DNA of 64,000 nucleotides. Origin: an uncultured bacterium. Its GTDB lineage: Bacteria > Patescibacteriota > Patescibacteriia > CAIQCM01. Shown piece after piece: positions 26,874-35,966 of this stretch. The position numbers were made by a program, and so were the translations under genes. Where the stretch lies: positions 707,740 to 771,739 of the forward strand of contig OY970181.1 of NCBI GenBank assembly GCA_963708045.1, written 5' to 3'. The notes below the pieces were generated by a model, which was given only the letters and a program-made list of their open reading frames with translations, had not been told where the DNA came from and did not search any database. Every line of letters begins with the position of its first letter. Position 1 is the stretch's first letter.

Positions 26874-28295
26874 ATGCTGCAAATCTATAATACTCTTACG
26901 AGAGAAATTGAAGAATTTAAAACCTTAAATGGCAAGCGGGTATCAATGTATAATTGTGGTCCAACGGTTTATAGTTATCCGCACATTGGTAATCTCCGCG
27001 CTTGTCTTTTTGCCGATACCCTGCGGCGGTATCTGGAATTTTCGGGTTTCAAAGTTAGGCAAGTAATGAATATAACGGATGTTGGGCATATGCAAGGCGA
27101 TGCCGATACCGGAACGGACAAAATGGAAGCGGCCGCCGCTAAGGAAAAAATTGATCCGCTGGCTGTCGCGCGCAAATACGAAAAAATATTTTTTGAATAC
27201 ATAAATTTGCTTAATTGCGAGCCAGCTTATAAATATCCTCGCGCTTCGGAACATGTGAAGGAAATGATTAAAATCATCGCGTCTTTGCTTAAAAATGGCT
27301 ATGCGTATCTTTCGGAAAATGATGTTTATTTTGACGTTACAAAATTCTCCGCCTATGGCAATCTTTCTGGAAACACCATTGCCGCTTTGGAAGCCGGGCA
27401 TCGTGTGGAAATAAATTCTAAAAAACGTAATCCGGCTGATTTTGCGCTGTGGATTCATAATCCTAACCACCTGCTACAGTGGGACGCGCCGTGGAGCCGC
27501 GGCTACCCAGGTTGGCATATTGAATGCTCGGCAATGTCAATGAAATATTTAGGCGAAACGATTGATCTTCACACCGGCGCCGAAGACAACAAGTTTCCCC
27601 GTCATGAGTGCGAAATTGCGCAGTCAGAAGGCGCGACTGGAAAAAAGTTTGTCCGTTATTGGTTGCACTTGTCGTTTCTTTTAGTTGACGGAAAAAAGAT
27701 GGCCAAATCGGATAATAATTTTTATACTTTGGACGATCTTACAAAGAAGGGCTATGAGCCGCGCGCGGTGCGTTTTGCGCTTATCTCGGCTCATTACCGC
27801 GAACAGCAGAATTTTACGTTTGCCGCGCTTGATGCGGCAAAAAGCGCTGTTTCCAAATTGGACGCGGTTTGGTCGCGCCTTTCGGAGAAAAAAGTTTTGT
27901 CTAAAAATACTGAGCCAACGGATTTAATATTATTGTCGGATAAAGCTAGAGAAGGTTTTATTGCGGCAATGGATGACGACCTTGGTATGCCAAAGGCACT
28001 TGGTATCTTGTTTGAATTTATTCGCGATACCAACGCGGCTTTGGATAAAGGTGCGACTGGTCAAGCGGCAGCTAAAAAACTCATCAAAGACGTGGTTTTT
28101 GGTGTTCTTGGGCTTGAATTAAAAAATATTGCCGCCGAAATTGTTCCGGCGGCGGTGGCTGAGCTGCTTAAAGAACGGATCGCCGCGCGAATAGCAAAAG
28201 ATTATAAAAAAGCCGACGAACTTCGCGGCCAAATAAACTCATTGGGTTTTGAAATAGAAGACGGAAGCGCTGGCGCGCGCGTTAAGAAAATTTAG
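26874..28295 (+). CDS. cysS: Cysteine--tRNA ligase
   Basis: YNCGPTVY, HIGN, NITDVG, DFALW, PGWHIECSAMS, KMAKS; ATG at 26874. Confidence 0.96.
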   Translation: MLQIYNTLTREIEEFKTLNGKRVSMYNCGPTVYSYPHIGNLRACLFADTLRRYLEFSGFKVRQVMNITDVGHMQGDADTGTDKMEAAAAKEKIDPLAVARKYEKIFFEYINLLNCEPAYKYPRASEHVKEMIKIIASLLKNGYAYLSENDVYFDVTKFSAYGNLSGNTIAALEAGHRVEINSKKRNPADFALWIHNPNHLLQWDAPWSRGYPGWHIECSAMSMKYLGETIDLHTGAEDNKFPRHECEIAQSEGATGKKFVRYWLHLSFLLVDGKKMAKSDNNFYTLDDLTKKGYEPRAVRFALISAHYREQQNFTFAALDAAKSAVSKLDAVWSRLSEKKVLSKNTEPTDLILLSDKAREGFIAAMDDDLGMPKALGILFEFIRDTNAALDKGATGQAAAKKLIKDVVFGVLGLELKNIAAEIVPAAVAELLKERIAARIAKDYKKADELRGQINSLGFEIEDGSAGARVKKI

Positions 28296-28298
28296 ATT

Positions 28299-29234
28299 CT
28301 AGATCCATTTTTTCTTTTTTAGATACAAGAAAGTCGTAATGCCGATTAAAAGCATTAAGCCGTTGGTAATGAAAAAACCGTAAGGCGGGCCAAAGGGCGA
28401 ACCGTCCGCGGTATTTATTCCAATAATCGTCGCGAAAAGTTCCATGGTAAAAATAACCGTTGTAACACTGGTTAAAATTTTCATTATTCGGTTGATATGG
28501 TTTGAGACGAGGGTGTTCATTGTGTCGTGAAGCGTATCAATTGTTTCACGGTCAGCTTCTAACGAATTCCAAATATCCACCGTTTGGTTGATTACCTGGT
28601 TAAAGTTGACGATATTAACCGGTGAAAGCTGGGAAACGGCGTCTTTTAATTGAATAAGAGTATAGCGGTGGGTTTTGAGAGCTTTTCTAACGCGAGTATT
28701 GTTGTTTTTAAGGATTAGCGACTCGCGAATGATTTTATCGTTGTCGTAGTTCGTAAACATTCTTTCTTCAACATCGCGAATGTCGCGTGACAATTCCAAA
28801 AGAAGCGGGAACATTGAGCGATATATCTTTTCTAAGATAAAAAGCAAAACGTTTGATGGCGATTCGGAAAGAAAGTGTTCACGACTGGTGGCGTTTCCCA
28901 TTTCGTCCAAAATAGAGACCATTTCCACGAGTCGGTTGGCGTGATTTACAGTGATGAGTGTATTTTCATTTAAAATGATGTCCAATTCAACCTCGTGGAT
29001 ATCTCTGGTTTTTTCGTCGCGAACTGGCAAGATTAAAACCAAAAAGACATAATCTTTACGGATGATGCATTTGGTATTTTGGAGGGGCGGCAAAAGTTCG
29101 CGCAAGTCGTGCTCGTGAAGCGGAAAACGTGCGTTTAGCTCGCGAAGTGTATGCAAATTAGCCTCGGAAACATTAAGCCAAGTCGTGCGGCGGCCGGTAA
29201 ATTCTTGAATTTTTGTGGAAACTTTCTTTGCCAT
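28299..29234 (-). CDS. corA: CorA-family divalent cation transporter
   Basis: INRIMKILT, two C-terminal TMs, GIN in place of GMN, KKKKWI end. Confidence 0.85.
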   Translation of the reverse strand: MAKKVSTKIQEFTGRRTTWLNVSEANLHTLRELNARFPLHEHDLRELLPPLQNTKCIIRKDYVFLVLILPVRDEKTRDIHEVELDIILNENTLITVNHANRLVEMVSILDEMGNATSREHFLSESPSNVLLFILEKIYRSMFPLLLELSRDIRDVEERMFTNYDNDKIIRESLILKNNNTRVRKALKTHRYTLIQLKDAVSQLSPVNIVNFNQVINQTVDIWNSLEADRETIDTLHDTMNTLVSNHINRIMKILTSVTTVIFTMELFATIIGINTADGSPFGPPYGFFITNGLMLLIGITTFLYLKKKKWI

Positions 29235-29294
29235 AAAAATATTATACCACAGAGTGGGAATGCAGGCTTTTGATTTTTTTGTTATACTATAACA

Positions 29295-29768
29295 ATGCCT
29301 GAAGATATAGAAAAAAATCTATCGTCAGCCGAGACGCCAAAGTTGGAATCCGAACCAGTTTTGGAAAAAGAAAAAGTTTCCTCTGCCGAAACAGCGCCAA
29401 CCAAAGAAGCTCTGCCTGAGCCGGTTTTGGCGACGCCGATTTCAATGAGTGCGCCCATAAGTGCGCCGCCCGCTCGCGTTGATCCAATTACCGAATCAGT
29501 GGAAAAAATTCTGTCCGAGGACTTGGCCGATTTTTATCGGGCAATGCCGCCGGCTGATCGGGAAAAGTTTAAAATCAAGGGCGAAGAAACCGTTTCCAAA
29601 ATTCGCAAGATTATGGACGGCACGACAATTAAAGTAAAAGAAGTGCTTAAGCTTATCGTCATTTGGATTAAACTAATCCCGGGAATAAATAAATTTTTTC
29701 TTGAACAAGAATCAAAAATAAAAACCGATAAGATCATTGAACTTCATAGCCGGATGCATGGTAAGTAA
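29295..29768 (+). CDS. Hypothetical protein
   Basis: Low-complexity N-terminus, then IPGINKFFLEQESKIKTDKI; adjacent to the ATPase gene. Confidence 0.7.
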   Translation: MPEDIEKNLSSAETPKLESEPVLEKEKVSSAETAPTKEALPEPVLATPISMSAPISAPPARVDPITESVEKILSEDLADFYRAMPPADREKFKIKGEETVSKIRKIMDGTTIKVKEVLKLIVIWIKLIPGINKFFLEQESKIKTDKIIELHSRMHGK

Positions 29769-29788
29769 TTTGGTCTAGGAGGATAATT

Positions 29789-32326
29789 ATGCTGCAACTT
29801 GTTGGCACCATTCAACCTGAAATATTAGAAACCACAACCCAAGGGACTGTGCCGCTTGTTGCTTATGTTTTATTGGTCTTGCTTGGCGTTTATGCGGTCG
29901 TTTTTTTGTCTCTTTTGTGCGTCCGAAAATATTTTCGCAAAAAACATCGTGAAACGCGCGGTTTTAAAAACGAAGTTTTGCAGATTACCGTTCCTAAAGA
30001 GGCGTCCGAAAAAAATTCGGTAAAAGACGGCGAAAAATCAATGAGCGAGATTCAGGAAAAGATTGGCGCCGCGGAATCGCTTTTTGCCGCCCTTGGCGGG
30101 ATGAAGCCGGAGAAGGGTATAAAAAAGTGGTTATTTGGTCGTGAAGATGAAATTTCTTTTGAAGTTATCGCTCACGACGGGCTGGTTAAATTTTATGTTG
30201 CCGTGCCGCCCGCGCTCCGAAATTTTTTAGAAGAACAGATCCACGCCAACTATCCGCACGCCGAAATTGAAGATATAGAAGATTATAATATTTTTACGCC
30301 CAAAGGGGCGATTGTCGGCGCTTATTTAACTTTAAAAAAGAAGAATTATTTTACTTTAAAAACTTACCGTAAACTTGAAATAGACCCGATGTCCAATATT
30401 ACGAGTTCGCTCGCGACGGTGAATATTCCCGATGGTGCGGCGATTCAGATAATTGTTCGTCCGGCCAAGAGCGAATGGCGCAAGGTTGGCGTAAAAATTG
30501 CGTCGTATATGCACCAGGGAATGTCACTTGGAAAAGCTCAAGACAAGGCAAGGGGTGGAGTCTTTGAGATAATCCGTCAGTTGCAAACCAAGAAAAAAGG
30601 CGAGCCGGAAAAAGAACACCACCTTTCTTCGCTTGAGGAAGAAATGGCCAAGGGGATTGAAGAAAAGGTTTCTAAAGCCGGACTCCAGGCGGTGATTCGT
30701 GTGGTTGCGAGCGCCGAAACCGAACTGACCGCCAGTCGCCACCTTAATGATATTATAAACGCGATGAGCCAGTTTAATATTTACGAGTATGGCAACGCTT
30801 TTCAAAAAATAGAACCGCGCGGTAAGACGAATTTTATCAACGGATTTATTTACCGCAGTTTTGACGAAAAGAAAAAAATAATTTTGAATGCCGAGGAAAT
30901 GGCCTCGGTTTATCATTTGCCTGGTCACTGGATTGAAACGCCGAATATTAATTGGTTGCTCGCGCGGCATGCGGCGCCGCCGATTAATATGCCGAAAGAT
31001 GGTATTTCTTTAGGATGGAATGAATTTCGCGGTATTGAAACGGTTGTTAAAATTAAACGCGGCGATCGTCGTCGCCATCTTTACACCATTGGTCGCTCTG
31101 GTACCGGAAAATCGCAATTTATGGAACAAATGGCCATTCAAGATATTCAGAATGGCGACGGTGTTTGTATTGTTGATCCGCATGGCGACTTTGTTGACCA
31201 CGTCTTGCCGCATATTCCGCCCGAACGCGCCGACGACGTGATTATTTTTGATCCCTCGGACGTCGCACGTCCGGTTGGGCTAAATATGCTTGAAGCTGGT
31301 TCAACCGACCAAAAAGATATGGCTGCCCAAGAAATGGTTTCCATATTTTACGAACTTTTTGGCGCGGAAATGATTGGCCCCATGTTTGAGCACCAGATGC
31401 GCAACGTGATGTTGACCTTAATGTCCGACGATGAAAATACTGGCACGATTGCCGAAATTCCACGGATGTTTTCGGACGCTGATTTTCAGAAAAAATGGGT
31501 GAAGAAAGTAACTGACCCCGTGATTCGCGCTTTTTGGGAAAAAGAAATGGCCAAGACTTCGGACTTTCACAAATCGGAAATGCTTGGCTATCTTGTTTCT
31601 AAAGTTGGCCGGTTTGTGGAAAACGAAATGATGCGTAACATCATCGGCCAAACGCATTCGTCGTTTAATTTCCGCGACGTGATGGACAAGAAAAAAATCC
31701 TGCTCATAAATCTTTCTAAGGGAAAAACCGGCGACGTGAACGCGCGGCTTCTTGGTCTCATTGTTGTTTCTAAGCTCACCATGGCGGCGCTTTCGCGCGC
31801 TGATACGCCCGAAGAAGATCGGCACGATTTTTATCTCTACATTGACGAGTTCCAAAATTTTATTACCGAATCCATTAGCACGATTTTGTCCGAAGCACGC
31901 AAATACAAATTAAACTTGATTATTGCCCATCAGTATATGGGACAGCTTTCGCCCAAGGGCGACACCAAAATTCGCGATGCCGTCCTTGGAAACGCGGGTA
32001 CGATTGCGACGTTCCGCATTGGCGTTGAAGACGCCGAAATTCTTGAGAAAGAATTTGCGCCGACTTTTAACGCTTTTGATCTCGTCAACGTTGAAAAATA
32101 CACGGCCTACATAAAATTGCTGATTGATAATACTGGTTCAAAACCGTTTAATATGCACACTTATCCGCCGCGCAAGGGAAATCCCGAGCTCGCGGCGGCC
32201 ATTAAACAGCTGTCGCGCCTTAAGTACGGCCGTGATCGCACCATTGTTGAGGCTGAAATATTGGAGCGCTCCCAGCTTGGCGCTTCGCTTGTCCCGCCAA
32301 ATTTTGGTCCGGAAAAGACGGCTTAA
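29789..32326 (+). CDS. VirD4/TraG/TrwB-like coupling ATPase (HerA/FtsK superfamily) with N-terminal TM
   Basis: DRRRHLYTIGRSGTGKS, VDPHGD, LYIDEFQNF, LSEARKY, AHQY. Confidence 0.88.
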   Translation: MLQLVGTIQPEILETTTQGTVPLVAYVLLVLLGVYAVVFLSLLCVRKYFRKKHRETRGFKNEVLQITVPKEASEKNSVKDGEKSMSEIQEKIGAAESLFAALGGMKPEKGIKKWLFGREDEISFEVIAHDGLVKFYVAVPPALRNFLEEQIHANYPHAEIEDIEDYNIFTPKGAIVGAYLTLKKKNYFTLKTYRKLEIDPMSNITSSLATVNIPDGAAIQIIVRPAKSEWRKVGVKIASYMHQGMSLGKAQDKARGGVFEIIRQLQTKKKGEPEKEHHLSSLEEEMAKGIEEKVSKAGLQAVIRVVASAETELTASRHLNDIINAMSQFNIYEYGNAFQKIEPRGKTNFINGFIYRSFDEKKKIILNAEEMASVYHLPGHWIETPNINWLLARHAAPPINMPKDGISLGWNEFRGIETVVKIKRGDRRRHLYTIGRSGTGKSQFMEQMAIQDIQNGDGVCIVDPHGDFVDHVLPHIPPERADDVIIFDPSDVARPVGLNMLEAGSTDQKDMAAQEMVSIFYELFGAEMIGPMFEHQMRNVMLTLMSDDENTGTIAEIPRMFSDADFQKKWVKKVTDPVIRAFWEKEMAKTSDFHKSEMLGYLVSKVGRFVENEMMRNIIGQTHSSFNFRDVMDKKKILLINLSKGKTGDVNARLLGLIVVSKLTMAALSRADTPEEDRHDFYLYIDEFQNFITESISTILSEARKYKLNLIIAHQYMGQLSPKGDTKIRDAVLGNAGTIATFRIGVEDAEILEKEFAPTFNAFDLVNVEKYTAYIKLLIDNTGSKPFNMHTYPPRKGNPELAAAIKQLSRLKYGRDRTIVEAEILERSQLGASLVPPNFGPEKTA

Positions 32327-32379
32327 GTCTCAAATTAATCAGTATTTAGCCAATATCTACTTCTTGCGGTTACTCATGA

Positions 32380-32408
32380 TTGACAAGAGTGTGGATAAAT
32401 GATAGCAT
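32380..32408 (+). promoter_or_regulatory. Sigma70 promoter containing a consensus DnaA box
   Basis: TTGACA-N17-TAGCAT; TGTGGATAA (reverse complement TTATCCACA) at 32390-32398. Confidence 0.55.
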
Positions 32409-32505
32409 TCATCTAAGGTCAAAGATCCCAAAAGCGGTGAGTAATCAATTCGTTTGCAAGGTCATGGCCACTTAAAGGTCGTTAAATCACAATCTAAACA
32501 ATACT

Positions 32506-32718
32506 ATGGCCTTCTCAAATCAAGGCGGTTTTGGTGGACAGGGCGGTTTCGCCCCTCGCCAAATGGTAGACGTTACGGCTATGAATCTGAAGTGCAGCGA
32601 ATGCGGCGCTCCGATCACCGAACTCCCATTTAGCCCGGATCCATCTCGCACTGCCACCCTGAAGTGCCGCGATTGCATGCGCAAATTTAAGCAAGCTCGC
32701 GGACCTCGCCGCTTCTAA
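32506..32718 (+). CDS. Small zinc-ribbon protein (CxxC-x17-CxxC family-like)
   Basis: Gly-rich start, PRQMVD, CSECG...LPFSP...CRDC. Confidence 0.8.
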   Translation: MAFSNQGGFGGQGGFAPRQMVDVTAMNLKCSECGAPITELPFSPDPSRTATLKCRDCMRKFKQARGPRRF

Positions 32719-32730
32719 TTGAAGCAACTA

Positions 32731-32761
32731 AAAACATCCCCGCCAATGGCGGGGATGTTTT
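32731..32761. terminator. Bidirectional intrinsic terminator
   Basis: aaaacatccccgcca a tggcggggatgtttt. Confidence 0.8.
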
Positions 32762-32764
32762 GGT

Positions 32765-32894
32765 TTTAAAATTCTGTAGCAATTTTTTTCTTGCCTCAAA
32801 AATCAGATATGATGCCGTTTGTGAATATGTTGGCGTTGGTAATTTTTTTGGCTTAACCGTTTCGGCAAGAAAAAATTTGCAACAGAATTTTAAA
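32765..32894. mobile_element. 130-bp MITE-like element with 31-bp terminal inverted repeats
   Basis: tttaaaattctgtagcaatttttttcttgcc ... ggcaagaaaaaatttgcaacagaattttaaa (29/31 match). Confidence 0.6.
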
Positions 32895-32904
32895 TAACGG
32901 TTAG

Positions 32905-33531
32905 TTAGTGGGTCTCTGGGTTTTCAAAATGGTGGCGAAGGAGGTTGTTTCTAATCGCGCGAGCGGTTAGTTGAAGTCGCCAAAGATCGTCCTGTTTTCT
33001 GAGACTGCGCAGAGTATCAATTTTTTTGACACAGTCGTCAATAAATATCTCCATTCGCCTAAGTAATTTTTCACAAACACCGTTTAAGCTACAGTCGGAA
33101 AGTTCATTATCAAATTCTTTGGAAATTTCGGCGGCGAGTTCGCGATCGCTCGTAACCGATGTTACATAATCGCGAATGTCGTGTACTTGTTGGGGTAAGA
33201 TTGGTTCTGGTACCGGCGTTTTGGTTTCATTGCGCCGCGCTTGGTTGTCAAAATAATGGATAAACGCGCGCGCGGTTTCTAAAGCGTTGGCGTCGTCTGC
33301 TTTTAGTGCGCGAACGGTTTCTTGTTCAAATAATGGTAAAATGCCGCGCTCGCGCTCGGTGCCCCATTTTTCTCTAACTTGCTCCCAACCGGGCGTGCCT
33401 TCGTGCTCGTGAATAAACGTTAATAAATCTTTTTCCGTCTTCAAACCCATCCGCTCCGAGCGGCGTTCTAAAACGGCTTTTTGATTGATAAATGATTCTC
33501 CTCGTGGCATAAAATTAGTGGTGCGTTTCAC
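32905..33531 (-). CDS. Hypothetical protein
   Basis: 208-aa ORF directly downstream of era. Confidence 0.65.
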   Translation of the reverse strand: MKRTTNFMPRGESFINQKAVLERRSERMGLKTEKDLLTFIHEHEGTPGWEQVREKWGTERERGILPLFEQETVRALKADDANALETARAFIHYFDNQARRNETKTPVPEPILPQQVHDIRDYVTSVTSDRELAAEISKEFDNELSDCSLNGVCEKLLRRMEIFIDDCVKKIDTLRSLRKQDDLWRLQLTARAIRNNLLRHHFENPETH

Positions 33532-34375
33532 GGTCTATCCAATGTTCGTCAACTTCAACTTCTAAATCTAAAAAGATTTTTGTTTGCATTGCCGTTTCCA
33601 ACTCGTACCTTGCGGCGGAGCCAATTTCTTTAATTTTTTCGGCATTTTTTCCGATGATCATTTTTTTGTAGCGCTTGTCGGTTGTTAAAATGTCAGCGCG
33701 AATATATAACGTGCCGTCGGGGCGTTTTTCCATTTCTGCAACTTCCACCGTTGCCGAATATGGTATTTCTTGGTGCATTTGAATAAAAACTTTTTCACGG
33801 ATCAGTTCCTCTACCCATTTTTTCGTTTCCATGTCCGAGAATTGGAATTCGGGATAATACGGTTCGCCTTCGGGGAGGAGCTCAAAGATTTTATCTTTAA
33901 GCGCATTAAGATTGGTTTCGTTGAGGGCGGAAATTTCTATGAGCGCGTCGCATTTTTCACCAAGACGGCGGAATTCAAAAATAAACGGCTTCTTTTTGTC
34001 GGGAAGGTCGCATTTATTAATGACCATTATTTTTGGTCGCCGAGTCGCTTCAATTAAGTTCCAAATGCGATGTTCTTCCGAACCAATGGCGCGGGTCGGG
34101 TCGGCAACATAAACAATAAGCTCAGCACCGTCCAAGGCTGATCTGACTTCGCGGTTAAGCGCTTCGGTTAGTTTGTCGCGGCTTTTATCAAAAACTCCCG
34201 GCGTATCAACAAAAACCGCCTGACCGCGGGGATCATGAAGAATCCCGCGGATGTTTTGGCGGGTCGTTTGCGGCTTGGGCGTAACAATTGCGACCTTAGT
34301 GCCGACAAGCGAGTTAAGCAAAGTTGATTTGCCGACGTTTGACCGTCCGGCGAGAATAACGAAACCTGATTTCAT
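33515..34375 (-). CDS. era: GTPase Era
   Basis: GRSNVGKSTLLN, KPQTTR, DTPG, NKCD, EIPYS, IIGKNAEKIK KH domain. Confidence 0.96.
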   Translation of the reverse strand: MKSGFVILAGRSNVGKSTLLNSLVGTKVAIVTPKPQTTRQNIRGILHDPRGQAVFVDTPGVFDKSRDKLTEALNREVRSALDGAELIVYVADPTRAIGSEEHRIWNLIEATRRPKIMVINKCDLPDKKKPFIFEFRRLGEKCDALIEISALNETNLNALKDKIFELLPEGEPYYPEFQFSDMETKKWVEELIREKVFIQMHQEIPYSATVEVAEMEKRPDGTLYIRADILTTDKRYKKMIIGKNAEKIKEIGSAARYELETAMQTKIFLDLEVEVDEHWIDRETHH

Positions 34376-34379
34376 AAAA

Positions 34380-34464
34380 ATGGACGATGAACTATGAACA
34401 ATGGACGATTAATATTTGGCTCGGTTCGTCCGGGTTGTTCATTGTTTGTTGTTCGTCGTTCATC
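34380..34464. repeat. Heptamer array with inverted arms (ATGRACR / YGTTCRT family)
   Basis: atggacg atgaact atgaaca atggacg ... tgttcat tgtttgt tgttcgt cgttcat. Confidence 0.85.
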
Positions 34465-34555
34465 AATCCTGCGCTTAAAAGAAGAAAAAGTCAATTACGA
34501 CAGGCGCGGTAATGAAAACGAGGGCACGATGGTTAATGTGTTTTTTCATTTGAAA

Positions 34556-35128
34556 TTACTCTATAGTGATGGCGCACCAGTATTTGTTGTTTTTTGTGCA
34601 GGTTGGGGCACAAGCAAAAGCGGCGAAAGTCCCGCCCATACAAAGGTTTACATTTGTCACTTGTTCCATTCCCCAGTGCAGAGTTGGACCCACAACCAAG
34701 CCTTGTTGAGCAGTTAAGTTATACAAAAAAGCATCGCCAATCCACCCGTTATTGGTTGGATCAGGATCGTCGGGAATTTTGGCGATATACGGAGCCAAAG
34801 CATTATCCAGAGAAGTGCAACCATGAAACGGAGCTCCATACCAACACGTTCCTGCGTCTCCGTGTCCTAAACAGTACCAACCTGATGACCCAGCGGCACA
34901 GGCCGGGGATAGTGTTCCGGGGTCTGGGAAATTTCCGTTAACTTCGCGATAAAGCTGGATAGCTGTTTTTATTTGTTTGGCATCGGCAATACGTATTGCG
35001 TCGCGCGCTTTGCTTCTCGTGGAAACCAAAGACACGACCGCAATTGTGGAAAGCAGGCCAATAATTGCGATGACAACCAAGAGTTCAATAAGAGTGAAAG
35101 CGCGGCGATTGTGAAAATGTTTTCTCAT
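34556..35128 (-). CDS. Type IV pilin-like protein
   Basis: RRAFTLIELLVVIAIIGLLSTIAVVSL, RSKARD, Cys-rich head. Confidence 0.92.
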   Translation of the reverse strand: MRKHFHNRRAFTLIELLVVIAIIGLLSTIAVVSLVSTRSKARDAIRIADAKQIKTAIQLYREVNGNFPDPGTLSPACAAGSSGWYCLGHGDAGTCWYGAPFHGCTSLDNALAPYIAKIPDDPDPTNNGWIGDAFLYNLTAQQGLVVGPTLHWGMEQVTNVNLCMGGTFAAFACAPTCTKNNKYWCAITIE

Positions 35129-35131
35129 TGT

Positions 35132-35683
35132 TTATGGTGTTAGGGTCAAGGCGCACCAGTAGCGGTTTCGTCCGGCGCTGTCACCATCCCATCTGCCGAA
35201 AGTACCTCCAAAACAATTGGTGGCGTTGGTCACTTGGTCATAGCCCCAATGAAGAGCTGGAGCTGACGATCCGCCGACCGAACCTTGATTCATATACAAA
35301 TAAGCGTCGCCGTAGGTGTTCGGGGCATGCTCCGGATCGTCGGGGATGTTTGCGATGTAAGGCACAAGAGCGTTGTTTAAAGCCGTGCACCCACGAGCGG
35401 TATTGGTATGGCAGCTGACGCCGTCGACGTGGCCAAGACAGCACATACCTAAAATGGATGTGCCACAATTGCAGCCGAGCGCGCCGCTCGCGTCGGGATA
35501 TTTGTTATTGGCATCGTAGTATAGTTGCATAGCCGTTATGAGCTGTTTGATATCGGCTTGCCGCTTGGTGTCGCGCGCCTTGCTTCTTGCAGAACTCAAA
35601 GACACGACCGCGATTGTGGAAAGCAATCCAATGATCGCGATAACGACTAATAGTTCGATAAGAGTAAAGGCGCGGCGAGACAT
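35132..35683 (-). CDS. Type IV pilin-like protein (tandem paralogue)
   Basis: ATG at 35683; MSRRAFTLIELLVVIAIIGLLSTIAVVSL; IPDDP, GDAYLY, LHWG and YWCA shared with its neighbour. Confidence 0.92.
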   Translation of the reverse strand: MSRRAFTLIELLVVIAIIGLLSTIAVVSLSSARSKARDTKRQADIKQLITAMQLYYDANNKYPDASGALGCNCGTSILGMCCLGHVDGVSCHTNTARGCTALNNALVPYIANIPDDPEHAPNTYGDAYLYMNQGSVGGSSAPALHWGYDQVTNATNCFGGTFGRWDGDSAGRNRYWCALTLTP

Positions 35684-35827
35684 AGACGAAAAATACCTAA
35701 TATCTTCCGCCCATCTCCCGCTTCGGCGGGATTGGGCGGATCCGCTCACACAAATGTGATGAGCGGAAATTTTTAATCCGGACGACCAAATTATTAACAT
35801 CAAATCTTGTCATTGCAAAACTTTCGC

Positions 35828-35933
35828 CGTCATCCCGAAGCGCCGAAGCGATGAGGGAACTCAAAGTCTCTAAACAGGCTCCGTGATTCCTCGTCCTAGG
35901 CAAAGCGACTAAACGGACTCGGAATGACGCCAC
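35828..35933. mobile_element. CGTC-tagged REP/MITE-like element, copy 2 (opposite orientation)
   Basis: cgtcatcccgaag.gccgaagcgatgagggaactcaaagtctcta...gtgattcctcg...ctcggaatgacgccac. Confidence 0.75.
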
Positions 35934-35966
35934 TGTGACGGATGTTATTTTCGTATTATAACACAA

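Noticed and set aside
34394-34717. 107-aa plus-strand ORF
   Set aside because: Begins inside a heptamer array and overlaps the pilin gene on the opposite strand
35684-35803. Long N-terminal extension of the 35132 pilin ORF
   Set aside because: It reads through hairpin repeats; ATG at 35683 gives a normal short prepilin leader
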